Shown here: piece by piece, positions 10,251 to 22,594 of the stretch | How the letters are laid out: every line of letters starts with the position of its first letter | Numbering within the stretch: the stretch's first letter is position 1 | Assembly: GCA_026025795.1 (NCBI GenBank) | Contig: JAPEUG010000120.1 | Span: 1-41,582 of the forward strand | DNA from: Thelocarpon superellum | Taxonomy: Eukaryota | Direction: 5' to 3' | Length of the DNA: 41,582 bases | Made by a program: the position numbers and the translations under genes | Notes under the pieces: generated by a model | What the model was told of the DNA's origin: nothing | Database searches by the model: none | What the model saw: the letters and a program-made list of their open reading frames with translations, nothing else

Positions 10251-10311
10251 TGAAATGAATGAGAGGTCGTTTCACGTGTCGGACCCAGGGCATGACGTGC
10301 GTGCGCGATTG

Positions 10312-11232
10312 CTATCTGACCGCGTCCAGCCGGGCCAAAACACCCTGGGTCTCCTTGACCAGGTCTTTTCGCTGCTGCCGAGCCTCGGCATCGCCCTCGG
10401 TCTCGACGGCGTCCAGCTTCAACAGCACCTGGCTGAGGATGGTTTCGGTCAGCTTTTTGTGCTCGAAATCCCTCTTGGCAGGATCGGTGGGGGGATTGTT
10501 GGTAAATTGGACGCTTTGGGGGAGCAGCTGGGAGTGAAAATGAGTCGAAATCTCTTTCAGCTTCTCGCGCGGGGTCTTTGGCGTGGGCGGCGGCGCCGGC
10601 GAGGTGGATCGGGAGGTACGACCCGGCCCCGTACCTGGCGGCGCGAGGTGTGGCGAGCTGTTGCTGCCTGAGTTGCTGCCCGACTTCTTGGTCTTCCTTC
10701 TCCGACTCTTTCGCTTCCGCTTGACTGTCGTTCCACCCGTGCTCGAATCGTCACCTTCGGTCTCGGATCCATCCTCATCCTCGCCGTTCACCGGCTCGTC
10801 AGCCACGACGCACAGCACCTCCGAGTCGATCTTCAATCCTTCATCCCGACAGGGACTGCGGTCATCGTTCAGCGTTCGCCCTTTGTAGAGTAGCCTGATT
10901 CTCCTTGCATCGCTGACGCCCGCAATCTCGGCCGCACGACGCTTGAGGTCGGCGACGGTCAGCAAGCCGTCGTCGATGCTGTACATGTTGAAATGCGCGG
11001 GAAAGAGGCTGCCACCGACTTTGAGCCGGATGATGTCGTCGTCCTCCGACAGCCGCTCCGGGATGACATTGGGCCGACTCGGCTCATGGGGTGGCTGCGG
11101 GGCCGACAGCTCGTCGTCGGTGATGTAGGAATAGTCATCGTCGTTGACCTGGGGAGGGTACGCTGAGGCGGACGCGCCAAAGGGCGAAAAGCGGCCCCCG
11201 CCGGACCAGAAGCCCCGGCCCCAGCTGGACAT
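10312..11232 (-). CDS. BAG-domain Hsp70 co-chaperone with ubiquitin-like domain; first in-frame ATG at 11232, frame stays open upstream through a hydrophobic segment
   Basis: UBL-like segment (LLTVADLKRRAAEIAG...RIRLLYKGRTLNDD) and C-terminal BAG domain (EHKKLTETILSQVLLKLDAVETEGDAEARQQRKDLVKETQGVLARLD). Confidence 0.9.
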   Translation of the reverse strand: MSSWGRGFWSGGGRFSPFGASASAYPPQVNDDDYSYITDDELSAPQPPHEPSRPNVIPERLSEDDDIIRLKVGGSLFPAHFNMYSIDDGLLTVADLKRRAAEIAGVSDARRIRLLYKGRTLNDDRSPCRDEGLKIDSEVLCVVADEPVNGEDEDGSETEGDDSSTGGTTVKRKRKSRRRKTKKSGSNSGSNSSPHLAPPGTGPGRTSRSTSPAPPPTPKTPREKLKEISTHFHSQLLPQSVQFTNNPPTDPAKRDFEHKKLTETILSQVLLKLDAVETEGDAEARQQRKDLVKETQGVLARLDAVR

Positions 11233-13049
11233 GGTGATGACCAAGACAGCGAGGAGGGTGAGGAGCGCGGTGCCGAGAGCCGCGGGCGAGTCCCAGCCGC
11301 CGGGGAGAGCCTGGACCGTCGTCGAGATTTGGTTCCGTGCTGTTGCCGGGAGGTGCTGATAGGCGAGGCGGGGGACAGAGGTCAGGTTGGATAAGAGGCG
11401 CACGATGGGCGGTGGGATGTGCGAGAGAAGGGAGGAGACGAAGGACCACAGTACATCAGGGACCGAGACGGGCGCCGAGGACGCCAGATTGAGCGATGAT
11501 GACGGAGCGGATGACGGAGTGTCAATGGTCTGGGCGAAAAGGGGAGGGCGAAAGCTGACCACGATCAGAAGGCAGCGTCCCTGGTGCGCGGTCTGGACCG
11601 CGGCGGCGAGGTCCTTGGTGGTGACGGCGTAGGACGACGTATCGTCTTGTCGTTGGCGCAGGCGCTGGAGAGACTTGACTTAGGTAAGGACCAGATTGGC
11701 TAAGCCCGCGGCAGACCACGGACATGCCATCTCTGTCGCTCCCGGTCACTTGCATTCTGCTCGACAATTCTCCGACGCAGGTTACATTTGTTACGGGGGC
11801 GCCCCATGGAACGAAGTACGAAGGACTCGTACTGACTCTCGGGCGCCCTCTTCCTAGTCTGACTTCTCCTGTACTCGTACTTTGCTCGCCGGACGCGTCT
11901 GACTCGGACATGCGCATTCCAGAGCAGCGCTCACGTGGCGCCGGCCAAGCCCGGGTGACATGGCCAGCCCATGCGGAATGTGTGACACGTTTTGCCCCTC
12001 TGGGGTGCATTGGATCACTTTTGCGACGGGCGATAGCGTCCGTCCGCAGAATACTTTGTATGTTCATTGGCTTTTGTCCGCAGTTGCCAAGCGTTGAGGA
12101 CTGGTGGAAGAACTAGAGAAGAGAACGTCTTGTACTTTGAACTCTCGCCCGTGGATGGCGCGGCACTGCGGCTATGCTTCTACGCAGTTGTCCGGCACTT
12201 GATCGCTCAGACCACCCGGGTAGGAGAGACCCAGCCATCTCTGTGGTTGTGTACCCCTTCCGTCTCCATGGAGTTGCGGACCATGCCAAAGTGTCATTCA
12301 CATGGTCCCTTCTAGAGACACTGGGCGACAACGCGGCGTCCTCGTATGCCCGAAATAATCGCCGTATGGTACGAGTAGGATCTCGCATTGGGGGCCCGTC
12401 GTAGCTTGATCGTGGTTGGTGAGGATCTGGCGGCCAGGCTATTCCAGTCACCTAGCCAGGCCGGCAGGCCACCAATCAGCGGTGGAGGTGCGAGCCGACC
12501 GAAGGTACAACACCCTGAGGGAACTCCTATCATCGACAAAGAGTGCGCGCGCACAGCGTCCGGTATCAGACCCGTCCCTTGTCCGGCGAGCGTTGGCCCG
12601 ACGCATAATTCATAATCCGCCCACGGGTTGACTCGTCGTACAATCGCCTTGATCGCTCACCATCAGTGTCGTTCCGTGGTGCATGTTCTGATCGGCCGGT
12701 CTACACGTCCCGTCGTCGTCGCAGCACGGAGACCAGAGCTTCCGTGGGTGGCACGTCTCGGTTGACCCCCAACCACGGAACGGACATCTCGCAGCGCAAT
12801 TGAGGGATGAATCGCGGCCATCGATCCGTCCACGGACAAGACCGACTCCTTCCGGCATTGGGCTCCTTGTGAACCAAGCGCGGCCTCGTTCACCCAACTC
12901 TCTCTACCCTTCCCAACCACCGGCCCGCACGGCGACTCCACCGCGGGCCTGCCCCCCCCCGACCAGGACTTCACCTCGAAACGTGCCATCCTCTCCCTCT
13001 CGAGCACGATCCACTGGCGGGGCATAACCGATTCGAGCCTCGGCAGATC

Positions 13050-14791
13050 ATGGCTGCGGTGCAGCCTCTGCAAAACCAGGGAAACTTCATCCCCGCCAAC
13101 GAGTCGATCCCCAGTCAGCGATCGTGGAACTATTCAATGCCCGCCAATAGTAATGTGAGTGATTCTGCCTGTTCCTTTCCGGCGCTGGTAACCTTGTACT
13201 GATGAAGTGACAGACTCGTCCTGGACCCGGAATTCGAAAACCTCAGTCGCGGGACCACCTCCGTTCCGTGTCGGATCACACCTCCAGCAGACCCAATGGC
13301 ACGCCACAGTCGCCGGCGGGACCGGAGGCGACCGATCCCTACCATCCGATACGGGGGAATGGTCTTGGAGACAACCGGCTTTTACCACCGGCGTCGGTGC
13401 TCGGGCGCAAGAACAGTAGTACGGGGGAAATTGGCAGCGGATCCGAGAGCATGCTAGACCTCTACAACACCCACGGGACACATCAGGGTCGGGGCGAAAG
13501 CTTCGACGCCACGGACAAGCGGCCCCTTGGACAGACGTCGTTCGGTGAGGATGAGGACCCGGAGCGGTCGCGGTGGATCCACCGGGACAAGCTGGCGCGG
13601 ATCGAGAGCGAAGAGCTGCAGCGCGCCGGCATACAACTTCCACGAGACGCATCCGCGGATCGACGGCGTCCGCCGTTGCGACCTCCCACCAAGACGGAAC
13701 GCCATCGTGATCCATCCACCAATGGAGCGGACGCGAAGGAGACCACGACCCGAGACGAGAAGCGGCCACGGATGGGGGCCAGCGCGGCGGCGCCGGCGGC
13801 AGCGACCTATGCCATGGAGACGGATGACGAGGATGACGGCGAAGTGATGAATTTTGACCTGCGGACGCCCGAAGAGGCGGCGGAGGACCCATACGAAGAA
13901 CGATTGACCCCGACATACCAAGAGCAACCTCGATGGCCCGGGAACAATCCCAGCTATTCTCGCATCCCGCTCCCCAAATCCAGCCCGATCCCGATCCCCC
14001 AAGACTACATCGAGCGCAATACGCCGTTACCGCGGAGCATGAGCGGCGAAGAACCCAGCATCGAATACAAGGGTCGCAGCCGCAGCCAGAGCCTGGCAAG
14101 TCAGGCCTATCGCGACGAGGTGGAGGAGATGCCTTCGCCGCCCACGTCGCCCAGCAAAGCCAAGACGCCGAGCTCGAATGGGCCGACGTCTGGGGGCCGA
14201 AAGCGCTCGGAGAGCTCGGGGCAGAAGACGCCGATCCGACCGTCGCAGAGCCGGGACCCGCCAGGGACACGACCGACGACGCGGTCTGGCGAGGTGAAGC
14301 GACCAGAAGGGGATCCTCCGTGGTTGGCGAGCATGTACAAGCCCGATCCACGCCTTCCGCCCGACCAGCAGCTCCTTCCGACGGTAGCCAAGCGGCTCCA
14401 GCAAGAACAGTGGGAGCGCGAGGGCAAGTTCGGCAACGCGTACGACCGCGAGCTGAACCCCATGAACGACACGCCGCCCGAGGGACCGAAGCCCGAGCCC
14501 GCGCCTGAGCCTGAGTCCGAGGTGGCCAAAGCACAGGGTCCCGACGCAGCGGGCGAGTCGGGCGGCGGATGGCCTCTCGGCGGGCCTAACAGTCCGACGG
14601 AGAGCACGGGACGACCGGGCACGAGCGGGACGACGGGCACGGAGCACGGAGGTTACAAGACGATGCCGACGGTGCGAGATTCAGGAAACGGCACCAGCAC
14701 TGGTCCAACGCCCATGCACGTCATGACTCTTGCGGACGAAGAAGAGGGCAAGGAGCGTACGAAGGGGTGTGGATGTTGCGTGGTCATGTGA
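13050..14791 (+). CDS. teaR: TeaR/Mod5-like prenylated cell-end marker receptor; intron 13155-13213
   Basis: Exon 1 MAAVQ...SWNYSMP spliced in frame; conserved blocks RWIHRDKLARIESEELQRAGI, SRIPLP..SPIPIP, RPEGDPPWLASMYKPDPRLPPDQQLLPTVAKRLQQEQWEREG; C-terminal GCGCCVVM (CaaX). Confidence 0.85.
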
Positions 14792-15535
14792 GGCGGAGGG
14801 AATACGGGGCGAAACCCTCTGATTGAACGGATGTATGATGGATGGACAATGGACGATAGTCGCTAGCTGCTCGGGGGGTCAAGAGACTTGAAGGGGGGGA
14901 GAGAAGAAGAAGAAGGAACACAGATGGAGTTTTACAGAGATGGAACGGGAGGGCGGATGTAACGGGAACGGGAAAGGGCCAGGGAAAGGGAACGTTTGAG
15001 CGTGTCATTTAAGATTCCCTCTCTCGTTCCTCGTCCTCTTTGTTTTCCACGTGATGTTTCTTCTGCGTAAGCGTCATTGGTTCGAGGTTTGATTTGGGTC
15101 GAATCGATTTGTTTAGATTGATTTGCTTTGGTATGGCCCTGTCTTTTTTCCTTCTCCCCCCCTCTCTCCCTTCCTCTGTCCGTCCATCCATCCGCGCGCG
15201 CATCAGCATCCACCCACCCGCCTCACGTATCCATCCATTCATCCATCCATCGATTGTTTCACTTGGCAGTTGTTGATTGAGTGAGTGCAAGCAGGCAGGC
15301 AGGCAAATAAGCAAGGGAAGCAAGCAGGCGTACGATCATTCCCCTTTACTCAATTCTCATCCCGTCCCATTCCATTCTACTGATCCTACCGGTTCTATTG
15401 AATGTCGTCTGTCGGTTTTTCTCTTCTTCGTCACACCATGTCATGTTCCGGCATGTTCTTTCATACGCGACTGGACTCGATCTCCGTCCGCTTCGAGACC
15501 CGTCCGTTTCCATACATACCTCCAGGTGCAATCAA

Positions 15536-15561
15536 AGTCAAGTCAAGTCAAGTCAAGTCAA
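15536..15561. repeat. (AGTCA)n pentamer microsatellite in a simple-repeat-rich convergent intergenic region
   Basis: Directly visible; nearby (CCAT)n and (GCAG)n runs. Confidence 0.85.
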
Positions 15562-15958
15562 ATAAAGATCGAGGGCTTAATGAGAAGCAGGCGAAATAAT
15601 GAACCGGGTCATCAAAACGCAGTTAAAATGTCTTTATAGGATAACAAAGGACCAGATAGGATAGGACGCTGCCTCATGGCACGTGTACGCGGATCAATGT
15701 GACCGTCTTCATGCGCTTCTTGCCGCACCCTACCCCATCTTACCAGCATCAACTCTGTCTCGTAGTGTCTGCAGATTGCAGGGTGCAAGTTGCAATGTGT
15801 CTTAATGAAGTACAAAATCTCAAAGTCCGTGCACAACAACTCTGTCTCTGCTCGGGTCTTCACTTCAAGAAAGGGAGAGGAGTGAGCGAAGGAAGGAAGA
15901 AAGGATAAAAGGATGCACGAATTGATGAATTGATGAATTAATGGATAACCCCCTACGC

Positions 15959-17494
15959 CTAGACGTGCTCGCCCACCACCTGTTCCAACACCGGCACCGC
16001 TGCCCGCTCCCTCTCTGCCGCTTCGCCATCTACAGCTTGGCCCTCCTCGCCGTCGTCCTCATCCGGCCACACGCCATCTTCCAGGCGCCTGGGACCGCAG
16101 AGCCAGGACACGACGGGCGGGCGCACGATGCCGTTGAATAAGAACGTGCCATAGACGAGCAGCGCAAACCCCACGATCTGGAGCCACTTGAACGTCTCCC
16201 ATCCCAATCCCAGCGATACCATCCAGATGAACAATGTCCGGCACGTATCCACCAGTGATCGAGACGTCGCCGATACGCTGCGCGTGACGGAGAGGCCGAA
16301 GAAATTGAACCCGCTGCGGGACGAGCGGTCGAGCGGTCAGTTTATGGTCGGAAGGTGGATGGTGGGAAAGGAAGGGAGGGAAGAACATACCCGATGCTGA
16401 TCATAATCAAGAGGCTGGAGACGGCAATGGCCTTGTTGTGTATGATTTCGCGCCAGCCCTCGCGCGCGTCGAAATATCCGTACTGGCCTCCGGGTGTCGA
16501 TCCGATGGCAACGTGCAGCACCAGCATGCCCAGAACCGTCACCAGCGTGCCAAACAGCCCCTCCCATCCCACCACCTTCAAGGGCTCTAGCGCGTACCGC
16601 TCCAGGATATACTCTTCCAGCACGAACTGCGTCGCGGTGAAGACTTGGGCCCCAGCGATCAGCAGCACGCCGATGATGGTTCGTAGGGCTTCGGGGGTCT
16701 GCATGGTATGCATGGCGTCTTGGGATGCTGAGACGAGCACCGTCGCCGTCTTGACGGCCAAGAGGCTGGACGGGGAGGACGAAGTCGACTCGGGGGCCTT
16801 GTTGGCGATCCACCCAGCCAGGCCGACGATGCCCACGCCCACCACGACGATGAGCAGGGACACCCACTGGAAGAGACGCAAGCGTCGGCGGAGGAAGATG
16901 ACGCTGAACAGCCCGACGAAGAGCACCAGCGCTCCCCGCGTCATCTGGTAGATGCTCGCGGCCACGAACAGCAGACCGACGTTCATCAGCGTCGTGCCGG
17001 CAATATCACAGCACGCCGGCAGGGCCAGCAAGATGACCCGCCATCCTTTCAGCGGGCGTCGGCCGTCGGCATCTGCGACCGCAACCTTGGCCACGGCCTC
17101 CTCCACCTCGTCCGAATCCACGTCCGGCTCGCCGTCCGTCACCTCGGCTGGCACCTCGACGTACTCGCCTCGAGACAAGACCGAGCCGCCACGTTTTCGG
17201 CCGACCCACTTCCAGAGGGCATGGGCCCCAACGACCAGCCAACATCCCATCTCACCAACGAACATCTGCGCCGTCTGCACCACGGGCTGTTCAAAGTACA
17301 CCCGTCGGTCGGGGTCGGCGGCGTCGCAATTGCGCACACATTGTAGGTCCTGTCGCTATTAGTGAACGCTCCATATGGACGTCTCCTAGCACCTCGGCAC
17401 CTACTTGGTATTTGGTCAGGAGGGTATTGCATACACCCGTCACCAGCATCATGCCGATGAGGAACGGGATGAGGGCCTGAGTCAAGATGGCCAT
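15959..17494 (-). CDS. SLC35F6-like (DMT / nucleotide-sugar transporter superfamily) membrane protein; introns 17350-17404, 16314-16390
   Basis: MMLVTGVCNTLLTKYQDLQCVRNC, FEQPVVQTAQMFVGEMGCW, LPACCDIAGTTLMNVGL...SIYQMTRGALVLFVG, FNFFGLSVTRSVSATSRSLVDTCRTLFIW; multiple TM segments. Confidence 0.88.
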
Positions 17495-17875
17495 GGCGAA
17501 GGAGGGCGGAGGAGGGAGGAGAGAGGAGAGAGAATAGATGCGACGAACAAGTAAGCTTGTACGGTCTAGCAACCAGGCATCTTGATCGATCGGTGCTCAG
17601 GCGACCTCCTGCGAACGAGTATGGTCTTGCATGAAGGCGTCAGCGACCTCTATTGATGGCGAGATGCGGATAAGGCCCGAGGCGTAGGGACTCGGTGAAA
17701 GCTTAGTCATCGATGCGAGGAGCGCTGCGAGGAGCGATGCAAGCAGCCGTGGCACGCGACCTGCACCGAGCGAAGAGGGGACCCGATAGACGCGTGACGT
17801 ACGAGTAACTATGGTAGTACCAGTCGGGCCCAGATGGACTCGGACCAACCGGAGGATCCCGCATCTGCCGATGCA

Positions 17876-17917
17876 CGGGTTCGGGTTCGGGTTCGGGTAC
17901 GGGTACGGGTAGGGGTA
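17876..17917. repeat. G-rich hexamer repeat (CGGGTT)3(CGGGTA)3GGGGTA
   Basis: Directly visible; seven GGG runs. Confidence 0.85.
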
Positions 17918-18285
17918 CAAGTGCCATACCACCCATGTTAATCGCGCTCGTGCCCAACACAAACAATCGACTTGGGCTTCTGAGCTTGCTCCGCAGCCGT
18001 AGAACGTCGACTAGCACCATAGGACCTGTGCCATTGCATCCATCCGCCCCAGGATGATGGTAGGATCGGACAAGCACATGGGACTACAAGCACACAATCG
18101 CCAGGATGGTATCTCGCGCAGGATTTGAGGAAATGAGGAATGGATCCATGCCACAGCCACACTGGATCAGATCATGCAGCCTCACCACCGCCGAGAAGCT
18201 CTGAAGGAAGCAAAGTGAAACGCCCGCCGGAAGGTCGGACTCGCCCCGCGATGAGCGTGTCATGTCACGGAACGCTAGTGGTGCA

Positions 18286-19375
18286 TCATCCCATCCGTTT
18301 GAGCTCCAATAGACCCGTTGCCGCGCGTCCTCTCACCACGCTGCTGGTGAGGTTGATCTCCGGTACACGTTCATCTCCTCCTTGACTGTCCGGGGGGCTG
18401 CTCAGCTGCACTGGTTGCTGCGTGCACCGGTTGCGTGGGGCTACGGGGGTCGTGAATCCCCCGCGGTCGTCCATCGCGTCGTCCAGCCGGTTCGCGGAGT
18501 CGGGCGGTGAGGAAGGCAACGAGATCTCCACCGTCGGACAACCGGTCGAGAGGATGACCGGTGGGGGCAGCAGTTTCCGGCGAAGAGGCGAGCGATGCGT
18601 GCCGTCGCTCGACAGTTTCTCGGCCGACAGGGCGCGCCCCGACGACCGAGGCGAGACGTGTAGAGCGGCGAACGGCACGCCCACTTGATCGGTTTGGATA
18701 CGGAACATGGCCAACTTCAGTCGCAGCCGTAGGATTTCTGCGCGCTATCGAAAATCAGCCGGATTCATCCTGGTGACGCGGACGATCGTACGCTTTTGGC
18801 CGTGTCTGGCGTGACCTTTGCCTCGGTCGGAGTAGACGACTCCAACGCCATCACGGAGGAGGCGGAGGATCGAGGAGACGTGGGCGTGGACCCCGATGTG
18901 GATGGAGGGCTAGGAGGAAGAGCTGAACTAGACTGAGAGGCGGACGTGGATTGCCAGGCCTCCTTCGACAACGGTCGCGGATCCTACACGACCGCGTCAG
19001 CCAAAGAACACGTCAACGAGATAGGCAACGTACCACCACATTGCCCGCTATCGCCGTCGTCTCCGACAACGATCGAGACTGGTCGACAAGACTTCGAGTC
19101 TCAGGCGCGCTGGCCGCCCCCGAGTCCCGACGCGACTTCTTTTGGGCCGAGGGTAGATCGTCCAGGTCCAAGCTCCGTTTCCGACCGACCACCGTATCCT
19201 TGGTGGGAGGGAGAGCCGTGAGAACCTCCTCATCCAGGATGAGCAGTGCTTTTGCCCTCCCTCCCGGCGTCGCCAACATGGAGGGCGTTCCCTTGTTGAC
19301 ATTGATCTCGCCCAGCACGCGTCGCTGCGAGGTGACCGGAGTGCTTTGCATGATGTCTGTGGAGTAGACGACCAT
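18286..19375 (-). CDS. Nrm1/Whi5-family G1/S transcriptional repressor; introns 18984-19033, 18745-18791
   Basis: Splicing restores the Whi5/GTB motif RAEILRLRLKLAMFRIQTDQVGVP; N-terminal D-box-like RRVLGEINVN; many SP/TP sites; C-terminal LTSSVVRGRAATGLLEL. Confidence 0.78.
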
Positions 19376-19451
19376 TTTTGGTGAGCCGTAGAACAACTTC
19401 GCCCAATGCAAGCGCGCGTGGTGGAGAGGAAATGGTGGAGGGTGTAGATGC

Positions 19452-19970
19452 ACGCGTGGCCGTCCAAACAAACCAAGAGGGACTTGAACAAAGGAGTCGA
19501 GGAGGACGAGGACGGGGCAGGAGAAGAAGATTAATACCCGGTTGAATGGCAACGCACCCCCGAGGCAAAAAGAAATGAGAACAGAAAGTGACAAGGACGT
19601 GTTTGTGGACGTGGATGGTCGTGTACAGTGGAGACTCGGAGGGACGTGAGGGTCAACAACCAGCCGAGTAGACGCCACGAGCAATAACTCAATGACATGG
19701 AGCTCGGGGGAGCTCCCGAGCCGCGCTTAGCCGGTTGGGGCAAGGAGGCGCGGCGGCGGCGTCACGCTCGGGACGACGGTTACCTAAGGCGAGTCCTGAG
19801 TCCGAGTGCGAGTACTTGTGCGAGTACTCGTGCTTGTGCTTGTGCTTGTGCTTGTGCTTGTGCTTGTCCCTGACTCATACGAACATACCTGTGTAGGAAT
19901 CAGAGCTGAATTGCTAATCTACGCGTAGTCGGGATCGTAAAAGGAGTGGGCACGTGACCAGATCACGTGC
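19452..19970. promoter_or_regulatory. MCB elements (ACGCGT at 19452 and 19921) and an inverted pair of CACGTG E-boxes (19950-19970) upstream of the Nrm1-like gene
   Basis: Exact motif matches upstream of a predicted MBF corepressor gene. Confidence 0.45.
19830..19867. repeat. (GTGCTT)n microsatellite
   Basis: About six directly visible copies. Confidence 0.9.
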
Positions 19971-20422
19971 GCGCTCCTACACCTGTAACGCTTGAGATTC
20001 GTCAAACTTCAACCGGCATATGGGGATGCGGCGCCGGGCTCCACAGCGGCATCTGGCGTTCCTGCATGAGCACGAGGGGTCGGCCTGCATCTTACCTGAC
20101 ACGCTGCTCACGAGCACTTCCGTACTGTTCGCCGTACTCGACTCTGTTCCAGCCAAGCTTTGTACCCATGGGCGGAGACATGCCTCGAGCTGGAGGGAGA
20201 CTGGAGATTGGAGACTGAGACTGGAGAGTGAGATTGGAGACTTCTGAAGCTATCATGATACAGCTAATCGAGACGGCGACAGTGAACATTGCTCGCACAC
20301 ATCATCTCATCCCATGCGTAAACATCTCATCTATGCATCCCAAGAGCCTCGGCCGTGCAAGACCGCCGGGAGAACACCACGCAAAATCCGTCCAAGGGGA
20401 TCTCGGAACGTCGCCAAGGGAA

Positions 20423-22562
20423 TCACACGCGCCACTCGAACAGTCCCTCAAACATTCGTCCGTTGCGCCGCTTCTCGTCATCCAGGCCCGTATCCCCGCC
20501 AAAGAGCTCCTCGGCGTCCATATCGAAGAGGTCTTGGTCGCCCCCCATCGGCATGCCACCCATGGAGTCGTACATGCCAAACGGATTCCACAGCTCGTCC
20601 GTCGTCTTGAGATTGATGTGCAGATCGTCGTGCTCTGAGATGTTGCTGTCCGGCGTGCTGGTGTGATCCTTGCCCGTCGACGGTGTAAAGGCCGGCGTCA
20701 ACATCTGCATCGCGGCCGACGACATGCGCTCCAGGGCCTGCGACGACACGCCCTGCAGTTCCTCCAGTCCCTCAAAACACTGCCGGATCGTGTCGGGCGC
20801 GATGTTGCTGTCCGCCCACGGGTCCTCAGGCGGCGTCGCTTGCTGCACCGCGCCCGTCCCGCCCGCCGCACCCACCACCGGGGCCATGCGGTCCGTGTCC
20901 GTCTTGCCCGTCCCCGGCTTCGCCCCGCCCGCCTTGCCGCCGACCTGCGACGGCGGCCGTGCCATCGGCAGACCCGCCTCCGCTTTGCCCTTGGTCGCGT
21001 CAGCCGTCGCATCCGTGCGCGGCTTCTTGCGCGTGCCGTCGAGGTTCAACCCCAGGCCCTCCGCCATGGCCTCGATGGCGTATTGCAGCGGGTCGTCGAT
21101 TGTCGGCTCCTTGACCTCGTGCGTGTCGGTCCGGTGCTTGGCCAGCTCCACCGCCGTCGCAAATCCCTTGGCGTGGAAGTCGCACGCCGGGACCGGGCAC
21201 TTGTGCACCCGCGGCGTCTCGACCGCGCTCGCGGCCGCCACGCTGCCCTTCTTCACCTCGGGCGACGACGTCGGACCCGGTTTGCCCGCCGCCTCGGCCG
21301 GCGTCGATCCGGCGCTGGCCCCGTGGTTACCCTTGCGCTTCTTCGGCGGCGGGTTCAAGGGGAACTTGAGCTTGTCCTGCGTCAGCTGGTTCTGCCCGTA
21401 CACGGGCACCCCCTGCGGCGACGACATGCTCAAGGGGAAGGGAGGCCGCTCGCTGGTCGGCGCCGTGGGCGCCTGGGCCTGACGGGCCTGCGCTTGCATC
21501 TTCTGCAGCGACTGCCGACGCGCCGCCTGGACGGTCTGCTCTTGTTGCTGCTGTTGCTGCAGGTTGGCCGCGCTGAGCGGCTGCGTCGCGTTGTCCGCCG
21601 TCGCTGGATGCGCCGCCGCCTGGGCTTGCGCTTGCCCCGGCGTCGACATGGGCTGGCCCGTCCGTGGCTTCATCCGCTGGTTCTGGTTCTGCATGACGAA
21701 GCGGACGTAGTTGTTGAGCCGGTTGATGGCCTGGTCGAGCTCCTCTGGCGTGATGGTGAATAGGCCGCGCGGCGTGAAGGTCGTCTTGTCCTTGAATTGT
21801 TGCAGTAAGAGCACGCGCTGTCACCCATTAGCAAACGCACGGGCGTAGACAAAGCCATGGATGTGCGGCTTACAATGCGGATCAACTCCTTCGTGTGGCT
21901 CTCGTCATTGGACATCTGGAAGAAGGTGCCCAGCGACGCTTCCATTCGTTGCAAGCCCTCCTTGCTGTCGAGCAGCTTCTTCGTCATGGCCGCCTTGGTG
22001 TCAGGCGCCATGGCGATCTCCCGCCGCTTGGCGCTCTCCTGCAGCACCTCGCCGAGGATCTCGCGCAGTCGATGCTCCTTGCGCGCCGCGTCCGCCTTGT
22101 TGCGCTCGCGCTGGGCCGGCGTCAGGGCCTCGACCGCTGCTGCCGCCGGCGGCTTCCCGGCCGCCTGCGGACGTCGGTCCGGCGTCGCGGCGTTGGCCGA
22201 GGCTGCCGCCGCCGCCTTGGTTGCATCGGCCAGTTGCTGCGACCGGTTCACCTGCGCCTTGGGCGGTAGGGTCGTCGTCGGCTTCGGTACCTCGACGACG
22301 TCATCGTCCCCACCCAATGGCCGCTTCACTCCCTTGCTCGGCGTCGGCACTGTCTGGGTGGCGGGCGTGGCCTGTGGGGCGCGATTGGGCTGCCCCACCC
22401 GGTTACCCTTCACTGCGGGCGGAGCGCGCGAAGCCGGTTGCGGCGTTGACGTCGGCGTCGGCATCGTTGGTGGCTTCGCGGGCGATTTGGTGGGAGTCGC
22501 GTTTTGACCCGGGACCGACAGTCGAGCGCCCTGGCTAGCCTGCCGCGGACGTTGCTGCTGTG

Positions 22563-22594
<32 letters not shown>

